DNA of 64,000 bases from Phoronis australis (lineage: Eukaryota > Animalia > Phoronida). The stretch is from assembly GCA_002633005.1 (NCBI GenBank), contig NMRA01000007.1:820362-884361 (forward strand), read 5' to 3'. Positions 1-10,471 of the stretch are shown one piece after another. A model generated the notes under the pieces. That model saw only the letters and a list, made by a program, of their open reading frames with translations. It searched no databases and was not told the DNA's origin. Made by a program: the position numbers and the translations under genes. Positions within the stretch are counted from its first letter, which is position 1, and the number at the start of each line of letters is the position of its first letter.

Positions 1-195
1 CCCTATATTTGTAGCTTCTCATGCAAAAAGTGGAACACTTTAAAAACAAATCATACAAGTGCCTTGGAGAACTGCACACAAAGTATGGAATGTGAATGTT
101 CCAAATGAATCCAATCAGCCATTTTTGAGATATAATGTTGCGAACTTCATTAGCTAAATTTGGACATTTTTGGGGGTCCTACATATTCCTAATTG
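1..195. mobile_element. Family A non-autonomous DNA transposon (Kolobok-like), truncated by window start
   Basis: Shares ctcatgcaaaa..gaacac, cagccattt.tgag and aaatttggacattt..ggggtcct with the 5930-6440 copy. Confidence 0.7.
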
Positions 196-2012
196 CACAT
201 AGTGCTTCCCATTCCATGTCAGTTACCCAGTTCACACTTGCAACTTTAATAAAGCTTAAACCCTTTTGTGACTCAAGTTAGTTTACGAACTGTGCGTAAA
301 TGCTACCAGATTAGCTGTAATCGTCACAACCAGAGCCCGTTTGAGGAGGTGGCTTCGAGCCGAATTAAGCCTGGGTCAAGACGTGCCTCACGTATGTGAA
401 CGGGCAACTGAATCACATCGTTAGGGGAAGTCATATATGCTGACGCATATGCAAATCTAGATTCTTGTGCCTATCTCCGTCCAAGATTTCCAGCGTTAAT
501 TCAGGATTGCTATTCTCCACACTACTTACAAAATTAAAAAAAGAAACAGTAAGTAAACGTTGCCAAAACAATCCAATCACCTGTCATTTTATCAGTGTTT
601 ACAAACAAATAGAAGCAAGTTCTTGACTAGAAGGTGACAAGTGTGCATGCACAGGATTATTTCAGCACAGCGTCTAAACCGATTCGGCACTAGTAAAGTA
701 GACGCAGAGACGAGCCAATTTCAACCAATAGGAATAAATTGATTTAAAGCAAGTCCATACCGAGCTCCAGTGTAAATGGCGGTAAATACAACCTGCATAT
801 TTCCTGTTTATACACGGGCTTATATTTGAGGGCACTTGAAAGGCAAAAAATACATCATCTTCAAATATACGTCCTAGGGTTTATTATAAGAAATTTCTGG
901 TAGAAAGATTCGCAAGACCATGGCTGAAAAGACCACAAGACAAATAAAAGAAAAACGATGTTTTCCAAAATTACAGAAAACAGACATCAAGCTCTCTTAC
1001 AAGTTAAGCAGAAAAACGTAAATGTTTAGTGAACTGAAATGAGAATGTAAATCTTGTATTCCTTTCCAGGTCACTTATTACTGAATGAACCCGAAGCAAA
1101 AAAGATAACAATATCACAGAAGAGAGAAAAACAAATTTAAACTATAAGGTCAGTGGTGAATCTTATTATGAATGTATTGATTATTCATAAAAATATGCTT
1201 TACTCGGCCACTTTTCCTGAGTGAACAACGCATGTGTAAACGTGGATGCGACTCAGCCCACAATTATCATCACCCCAACAAATGACAAAACAAACTCTCC
1301 AAGTCACTCAGTAGGATGTAACGACCCTTATCGTGCATTAAGCCGACTAGAAACAAGTGGCGAAAAGCCTAGAGAAAAAAAAACGTAGGCCACTACATCA
1401 CCTGTAAAGAGTGATTGCTGGGAGCTTGAGTGCCGCGTATGTGTGACTGTGTGTGTGTGCGTTTGTGTATAGAGAAGGGCTAATAGCCTTCAAGCCTGTA
1501 AGAGTATTACTCTGGATTAGAGGCTAGTTTCAATACTTTACAACAGGTTGATAGCTGTTTATGTATTTGATGATAACAGCAGGCAGACACAGTGCCAATC
1601 CAGCAATGAGATGCTTTAGTTTAAGGGTGTTACTATAAGCCAGTTATACTACACTAAATCTAATAGTTTTAACAAACATATCTGACTACCGAGCAGTCAG
1701 GACTTACGGGCTACTTCAGTAATGATCGTTTGTCAACTTAAAAAATCTCACCACAGTAGGAACCAATAAGGAAGACATGTCAAACTTGTCATGAAAAAGC
1801 ACTACCATATAAATACCTTACAACTTAATTTCTGTACTGTAGCGACCTTCAGATAATATCTATAAAAATGTAATTGTCTTACAATTTCAAACAAAATTTC
1901 CAGCCCAAGATTAGACACAATTTTTGCCATTTTTAAGGGGATGAACTAACCAACAAAATAGATATCTAATATGTGAAACAAACAGTGTTAGTAGGAAAAA
2001 TGAAAGAATTTA

Positions 2013-2119
2013 ATGGTAATGGCCGGATATAAAGTGCCCGAATTTTGAGAACCAGTTTTCTCCACTGAATAATGGGCCTGGCTCTCAAAATACAGGCAAG
2101 TTATATCCGACTATTGCCA
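2013..2119. mobile_element. Short palindromic MITE, family D
   Basis: Arms tggtaatggccggatataa / ttatatccgactattgcca around a core ttttgagaaccagttttctccactgaata; relatives at about 24420-24519 and 41618-41690. Confidence 0.7.
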
Positions 2120-3449
2120 AATTTGAAAGCAAGGAATCATTATCACTATATTTTATTACTATTAACCTACAAGTACTGTCATTCTTAGAAGTAATGTACA
2201 TACGAAAAACGCACAAATTATTTCTTACTACAGGCCATATCAATTTCTATAAAAATATGGCCGACTTTTTAAAATGAACTATTTGTCTCATGAATGTCTG
2301 AAACATAGCACACATTTTTAAAAACACAGGCCTAATTCATATTCAAGTTTGCTACAACATAAAAAAAAATAAACCTAGATCCCACAAACAGTTCATCTGA
2401 AACATTCTCTGGATTTGTAACTGACGTAAAACGCAAAACCGTAAAACAAAAAACGCCACACACCGTAGCCTACACATTTACCATTTTAATTTATTTTACC
2501 CACGAGACACAAAGAAGCAAGTCTTGGGTCACAAATGAGACCATGAGGCGTAAACACATAAACAGAAAAATTGAACCAAAATACCACAAGGACAATTCAT
2601 GTCAAATTACGCTGTCAAACTGTTTTAATTGAAATGATCAAGTGACCTTCTTCAGCAGAGTTCCCTGATTTACCTTTAGACACATTAATGTTCATTATGA
2701 CTATCTCAGTAAATACCTGCCTCCAGCCACACTATTACAGTAGGCCAATTAAGGAATAAGCTGTCAAAGACATACAAAGACATTTGTGTTGTAGAAATAC
2801 ACAAGACCATTCTGCAAGTCACTGAGATTGTTTATTCAACATAGGCAACTCCTTTTTAGTTTATAATCCATGTCAAAGGTGAAGGCTGGCTGTAAAGAAA
2901 TGCCTGTTCCCTAAAACATTAATTTTATTTACTTGCGGAGTGACTGAACTTGTCCCTTTTGGAATGCAATGAAGGAAAATCTAGCATGAAACAAACTAAC
3001 AGGCTTCTAATTTTTGTGTACACGGAATTTATCTTCATTATTTAAAAATAAATAAATTCTGACTAATTTCGAACCATTTTATTATTTAAATCAAACAAGT
3101 CAGCATTTGGTGGACAAGTGAAATTTTATTCTGTCAAATTTCTCAACAAAATAATTTAAAGAAACATTACTCTGTATGTACCATTGTTAACATATGCAGA
3201 GATGTATTAATCCTTTGAAAAGTAGAAAAACTGCAATTTTAGCTAATCTGTCTTGTCCAAAATTGAAAACTTTTAACAGCACAAAATTATAAGTTAAAAA
3301 GCTGTTTTACAGAAATTTTATTTTGGACATCTATATCAAATGAAATTAGGTTTTGTTATTTATACGACATGTAGCTACGAATGTAGCTTTTTTACTTAAT
3401 TGCACTTAAGTCATAGTCACGTGACCCAAGAGGTTTGCTGACTGCTATG

Positions 3450-3680
3450 CGGTAAAAATCCTTCAGTTTGAGATGCAATATGGCAGACAGATGAAATTTC
3501 ATTTTGACTGAATTCTCAACAAGAATAACTGTTTACTTTGCTCTTAGCTTTGGTTGTAAAGCGTGGCTATTACTAAACAACATTTGGTAAAGCACTGGCG
3601 ACCATGTGGTAAGCCTCTGAAAAAACAGAAACGTGCCAATTTTAGCGATGATTTTTGTACCAAATTGAAGAGTTTACTGG
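3450..3680. mobile_element. Family E MITE (Tc1/mariner-like)
   Basis: cggtaaaaatccttcag ... ttgaagagtttactg; internally similar to 35442-35659. Confidence 0.65.
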
Positions 3681-3780
3681 AGAGAAAAAATAAAATTCTA
3701 CATGATTTCTACTCCCAGAAAATATGCAACTTCACCGAGTTAAATTCTACAGCTTTATAGACATTGTACAAAATACACAG

Positions 3781-3977
3781 ACTTGTGGTTAGAATCCCAC
3801 ATAGACTTAGAATCAACATGGAACTGCAGCAACTCCTAAACTTGTGGTTAGAATCCCACATAGAGTTAGAATCCCACAGAGTTAGAATCAACATGGAACT
3901 GCAGCAACTCCTAAACTTGTGGTTAGAATCCTACATAGAGTTAGAATCAACATGGAACTGCAGCAACTCCTAAACTT
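3781..3977. repeat. Minisatellite, about 59-bp unit x3, with an internal duplication in unit 2
   Basis: acttgtggttagaatcccacataga.ttagaatcaacatggaactgcagcaactcctaa repeated. Confidence 0.92.
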
Positions 3978-5236
3978 ATACAAGACATTTGACCACACCG
4001 CCTCAACGTTCAGGCGCTTTATCTCGTAGATCTATCTTCATCAGTAGACCCTCAGGTGGCAGGCAGGTGTAAGAGATACCCGGGGACGGCATCCTGCTGT
4101 GACTCGCCCACAGGTATAACTGATGTGCTACTCCCTGAGCTCAACAACACCCTGGACAAGTAAACAGTCCAATGCCAGCACTCAAGGTGGGTTAATTTCA
4201 CTCAAGTGGCCTATGAGAAGTGTTCATTTTGTTCCTATTACTTTAAGAAGGTTAGTCAATCATTGCCTACCAATTACACCTTAGCTGCAGCTCTGGTACT
4301 ACATTACACGAATGAGTGGAGTCATTGAATCTGGCCTGGCTGAATAGCAGGGGAGTGGATGAGAGGAACAAATGGGGGCCCAGAGGCTGATAATAGAGTC
4401 AATGGAGGGGAGATGATGGACCTTTCACAGACCACTAATAACTCCACAGGTGACAACAACCCAACAATGTTAGAAGGTTTATTTATCCAAGGAATTATCT
4501 CCCTGTGTGGGGAGAAGCTCATACCCTAAACCCAAGAAACAGACCAACTCCTGTGGTGCACGGCCACTACCACATCCATCCCACTAAACGAATGACCCTG
4601 AAATTCAGGTAATTTCACGTTCCGTGATTTGATGCATTAGGCTTAACGCCAAGACCTTGTTTTTTTGTTTTTCAATACAAGCAACCCACAATTAACCCGA
4701 ATAGATACAATAAACCTTAAACAAAATGTTAAATTAATATTTCTTAGTACAGAAAAATCTCACTAGTTTCTGACAAAAATAATATGGTAAAAACTACCCA
4801 GTTTGGCTGTCTCTGAAATTTGGGACACCAAAATTCAAGGAGACATTGAATTGGTACATGGATGGCATTAGCATTCATCATATTTCTCAAAACATGCCAA
4901 CAACATTTTCATGGGTCCCCATAGTATACAGGTGAATGATTGCTGTTTATTGTAATTCTTCAATTTGGAACTGTGAGTATTGTTTTAACTTATACAATTT
5001 GGTGCACTCTGAGACCTTGAGCAATATAAATAATATTTCATTGTCCAAAACTGGAGAACTATATTACCACAGCCATTTCTAATACAGCGGTGACATGACA
5101 AAACATGCCTGGTCACTAGATAGCGATAGGGTAGTTGGTGCATTCCTGTATGGATTTAATGTAATGGAATATTTCCAAGCATTTTTTATGAATTCTTTAA
5201 GACTATCATGCTAAAAACTCAGAATTTCGAGTTCAG

Positions 5237-5477
5237 GGGCCCGATCCAAGAAACTGGCTTACCGGTAAGTTCATTTTTGACTTAAGTCTAAGATTTGTCT
5301 CAACTTCCAAATTTTGAAACTTCCACATCCGGTAATTTATTCAAAACTAAGACAAAACGAAAGTAAAAAAATTAAGTCAAGCTTAGGATCCCTTTTTCGA
5401 ATGACTTCAGTTTTATCTTAAAATTAACTGAAATTTAAGATTTGTCTCAGCTAAGCCAGTTCTCTTGGAACGGGACC
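5237..5477. mobile_element. PIF/Harbinger-like MITE
   Basis: TIRs GGGCCCGATCCAAGAAACTGGCTTA / TAAGCCAGTTCTCTTGGAACGGGACC flanked by a 3-bp CAG duplication (5234-5236, 5478-5480). Confidence 0.78.
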
Positions 5478-5929
5478 CAGACTTGAAGCCCTAGCCTTAA
5501 TGCTAGGGTCATCAAGTGAAAACTAAGATTAGAAAGGTATCCACATAAGCTGTTATGTACTAGAGAATAGGACAATGAACATTTAACGAGAGTTCACAAA
5601 AAGAACACTTAGAGAATGTCAAATATAGTTTTATTTTGAGAACAAAGACCTCAGGCCCAGAATTAGAAGTTCGGATCAAGCGAAATACGTATGAGCAGCT
5701 TGAAAATAATAAAGCACTTGTTATGCAATCTTTATATTTCATGAAAAAATAACAAAAATAAAATCCCACCTGTCCGACATACTGTGACCTAAATTGGAGA
5801 TATTTGCTTGATCTCAGAAATCTTAACTTTAAGAAATGATATCTTAATACCATACTGCAAAGTAAAATTTATCGGAACACTATATGAAACGAACACAAAA
5901 ATGAAATTATTCCAACTATCTATGACACT

Positions 5930-6440
5930 GAACTTTTCTGGGATGTTATTGACAAGTCTGACCATTTGGCCAAATGTTTACAAAATTAAAGATTTTCCCT
6001 AATATAAAAATATATTTTCTGAAAGTAGAAGGCCTGTGGAACTTGATTTTTGACTTTTTGACAACCACCCATTAATTGGGTGGTGAGGCCATGCCTTTTT
6101 AGAAAAATGTAACAAAAAATAAAGTACAATTGTTGCAAAATGATTGTATCAATAATATGATCAAATTTCATTTGATATAAACATTCAGGACAAGATCAGT
6201 TTTCTAAAATATATTGTTTTCATCCAATTCAGTTTTTCTACAAAAATCATAAAAGTCCTACATTTGATAGCCCCTCATGCAAAAGTGAAACATTTTGAAA
6301 ACAACTCCTAAAACCATGTTGGAGAACAACGCATTACGCTTAACATCTGAAAGTTTCATACCACTCCAGTCAGCCATTTCTGAGGTATGATGTTCCAAAT
6401 ATTGCCAAATTTGGACATTTCTCTGGGGTCCTCCATAACC
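5930..6440. mobile_element. Family A Kolobok-like element, near full length
   Basis: Reverse-complement similar to copies at 12899-13410, 18580-19104 and 45064-45446; ends ggggtcctccataacc. Confidence 0.72.
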
Positions 6441-6493
6441 CCAATTGATAACCTAGTTACTATATCATGACAACGCAATCGTCTTTATTCTAC

Positions 6494-6818
6494 TTAAAAG
6501 GGACACTGTCAGCAAAAATGTGATTTTGTGAGAATAGTCTCAAGGCGGAGTCAAACTTAGAACCCCTACGGTTGCAGACTTATGGTCTGCTGTCCAAGTA
6601 TTGGGAGCGTATTAAATTGGTTAAGTTACCACCCTTGATTTCAATGAATTTCTAGCAGACAAAGGCAGGAATTGATAATTTGGAATAAAATCGCAAAAAT
6701 ACAAAATTTTGTTGTTGCATAGCTCGGGTCAAAGTTCATGACTTCAAGAAGTCTGTCTCATCAAAAAATAATCCCAAAAATGCATTTTTTCGCCATAAAA
6801 CCAATAATGCCTCTTTAA
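6494..6818. mobile_element. Family B TTAA-flanked (Kolobok-like) element
   Basis: TTAA-aagggacac ... gcctct-TTAA; its right end atcccaaaaatgcatttttt..aaaaccaata recurs at about 37325-37372. Confidence 0.5.
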
Positions 6819-9800
6819 ATTAAGACAAAAATGTTAAAAGTTTAATAAACGAGTATAAATAATAAGAAACAGTAATCAGGACGTGGGAAATGCTGGAAAA
6901 TAAACAATTTCGTAATTTTCTCACAGGAGATTAAAGTTGACAACAATTAAAACTCAAATGTCAAACTTCAAACCACACTTGTGATGTAACGCACTAAGTT
7001 CTCACGTTCATGTTCAATGTTAAAGTGTGCCTTAGCTAATGTGTGCCTTGTAAATGTTAAGTATAAACAATGACAATTGTGGCCGACTGTTGATGAGACA
7101 CGGGTGACAACAAATTGGCTTACTGTCCCAAATGACAGGTACAAGGATGTTCTCACAGCTTGACTCAAGTACACACAGGTACACAATCAAGGCGAATAGT
7201 TACCTGAAGTACTCCTCGCGAGTGAAGTGAACAGTAAAACTTGAAGCCGAGACCATTCACTGCTCACTCTAAATGACACGGCAATCCTCAAGAGTTGTAC
7301 ACTTGAAGGAGCTGGAGATTTTAATACATTAGTACAATTAGTTCAGCCCGAATAAGTGGCAACGTTTTTCCCTGGGTATTTTATTGCACATTGGCTTCAC
7401 CAGAGTACAGTGTGTACTATTCATGAACAAGTGACAGGGTGAAAATCAAAATAAATTTAACACAATTTTAATAAATGAATATAACATTTAAACAGCTATA
7501 CAGTACAATCTCATCAATTTAAGACACGACACGGCGTATAAATGAAATTTCATTTTGCATTTTTCCAAAATTTTTGTAGCACTTAATACTATGCCATGTC
7601 CAAGTTCTGTGTCATGGCTGCCATCAGCTATTTTGAGATTTTATCAAGATAACAAACAATGTCAAGATAAAATAAAATAGGTAGTGTTTAAATTCCTTCC
7701 ATTTCTAATCATTTTCCCAGTTTAAACATAACACTAAGGTCTCAGGTTCTGAAACCAAACCACAAGAGTGAGGTCTCACAACATGCAACTAAACTAACAT
7801 GCAACGAAATCTAGAATATAAAAAAAAACAGAAAAATGGTAAATTATTGCAGATCAAAACTGACTTGTTGCTGAAGCATTTTTATTCTTCTTTAGAATTT
7901 TGTAGCTGTATAGCCGTGTACGTGGAACAATTAACTTCCTTTTTAGACAGGGCTTACATATAGTCACTGCCACACCTGTTGCAGATAATAAATTAAATCA
8001 GTGCCACTAAGAAGATCACATCCAAGTATTGATGCATGAAACAACGGAATAATAACACGTGTTAGTATGGAATAAACAACAGTGAAAAACGCTGACACTC
8101 TGAAGGCGATACTATGCTCTGTCATGAAACAAAGCGTCGTTTCTAAGAACATGTTACAGTGTAATTTCACCAAATTTACATTAGGACACAATGTTATATC
8201 ATAAATACCACACTAGGTGGTGCCAAATACATCGAACAAAACCGAAAATGAGATGGCCTCACCAAAACAGAGATAATGGCCAAAAAATGAAATTTCTGTC
8301 TCTTTACTCGAGACTTATTTTACACATAGTTTATATCTATTTAATTACTTTTGTCACATCCAAGATTTTTACTTTTATAAATCGTTATTCATTAACATTT
8401 GTTCCATTTATATAATCAGATTATTTATTATCAGTTACAATCTTCCTTTTCATTGTCTCTGTCTTTTGGGTCACAGAAGAAATAAGTTTTCAAACTTCTT
8501 GATATGAGTATTTTTTCAGCACAAATTTTATTTCTCATTATCTATTCTCCTTTATGATGATGCGTGTTATATACTTCCAATGAATTGTATATTTATGTAG
8601 ACTAAGATACTTGATTGATGAAACCATCAAACAATCTAATGATCAATCAATCAATCGATCACGTTTTGATGATCTCAAATTTTTGCCTTTTTCATTTGTT
8701 TGAAGAGTAGTTTCGTTTTTCAATAATTCTGATGATAAACTTGAAAAATAACTCACTGAACATGACACCGTACCTGCTCAGCCAGGGACCCGTTTCGCAT
8801 GTGATTTAAAAGTTAGACTTAAGAACAATTATTTGTCTAAGTTAAGACCGAAATTCGCTACAAAAGCCAGTCCAGGCAGTGCAAAGGACACTGGCCTCAT
8901 TTTTAGAATTTGGACTTTGGAACTTAGGATTGTTTCCACCCAGGTACTCCAATTTTGAATGCACTGTGGATGAAACAAAAAGTTAACTTAAAGATGCATA
9001 GTGTCATTAAATTGTGATTATGCAAATGAAGTACTAATTTACAAACAACCCTTCATCCTCCAGTGTGCCGTAAACCATCCAAGAACCAGTTACACTTACA
9101 ATCTCGCGAAAGTCTCGTTTTACAAGACTATTTTTAAGTAAATGAGTACGGTAATATGTCATTGTTCTCCTAAACAAGGCAGTTTTTATCATTTGTTTAT
9201 TTCATAATCAAATAACGATTGCGCAATTGTGGAACTACCAGTGTTTTTTATATGCTCACACTCATTTTTAAGTGTTTCCGTTGTGTTTTCTTTAAATCAC
9301 AGTTCTCCAGGAAGTCACTAGGTGGCACTTGCTACAAATTTAAATATTCGCGGTTTTAATGAGATGTAGCATTTTTAAGCTTCCCCATAAGCTTCACCAG
9401 CATAGTGGCAATGAAACTATAGTCAGCAAAGTTATTGCAAGGAAGTACTACTGTTATGTTCACTATAAATCATTTTCATTCCAAAGAAACAGATTTGTAT
9501 TACAATAAATAACACAAAACATACGAAGCAGTAGAGTAATAGCACTTTAATGGAACATAAGTGGGGTATTCCATACCTTTCCAATTATTCCATAGACAGA
9601 GGAGTCTATATGACCAAGATATGCGCACCCACACATACGTATGTACACGTGGGTAGATACTAACAGATATTTTTGCAGTCAATATTAAAGCCCCACGCAG
9701 CGCAACCTTTGAAAACCACCATTTCAGTCGTGGTTTGGGTTTGATTTCTTTGTTTTATTTCATTTTTTCTAATTACACACCAAATCACCATGGTGCAAAT

Positions 9801-10356
9801 GGAATTCTTTAATAGTTTAAACAAAAAAATTCACAGTTCAATGATCTATCCTAGTTTGAAGTTTGCAATTCAGGATTGACCTAATTAACGCTGCATATGA
9901 GTTTTTCCGTAATCAAACGAAACAAGAAGCTCATAGACACAGCACAATCAAACTTTTTGACTCATGACGCAAAGTACTGCCTTATGCTGTACCATTATAA
10001 CCATAGTCTTGGATAACTATTTTCCAAGTTAAAGGGGACCTGTGACCTACCAAACTTTCCCCTAGACTCAACTCAAGAATAAACCAATGGCGTGTCACGA
10101 TTCACATGAACTAATTCACGCTTCACCTTTCACGCAATGTGATTGGTCAATTCTTGAGTCGAGTCTCCAGTAGTTACAGGACAAGGTTTAGCACGAGGCT
10201 GGATTTTACAAACGCTGGAACACCACCAGTCCATTATGAAGAAAAGAACCCACGGGCACTGGCATTCTTGGTTCCCTGCCCTGTGAGTCACACCCCACAC
10301 AACCAGACACCAGGGTATATGTAGGTGCCTTCCCTCCTAAGTACATGAGTACTCAC

Positions 10357-10471
10357 GCCTTCTCCTGAGAATCTAGTCGTTGCACTAGTTCATCACGCTT
10401 GTTCACAAGCTGCACTAGTTCCTCCAGCAAAAGATTCTCACGTTTCTTCTGAGCCTCGGTCTTTTGCCAGT
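10357..10471 (-). CDS. EHBP1: EHBP1 coding exon 20 ([38 protein letters not shown])
   Basis: cttgtag acceptor, GC|gtgagt donor; 115 nt; bMERB helix 3 signature. Confidence 0.95.

Noticed and set aside
3764-3973. Repetitive ORFs or CRISPR-like array
   Set aside because: Head-to-tail minisatellite with no unique spacers, eukaryotic context and no cas genes; the same holds for 40403-40685 and 43221-43483.
4322-4522. ORF ending ...GQIQ-stop as the CAAX terminal exon
   Set aside because: No cysteine four residues from the end and no acidic EHBP1-like tail.
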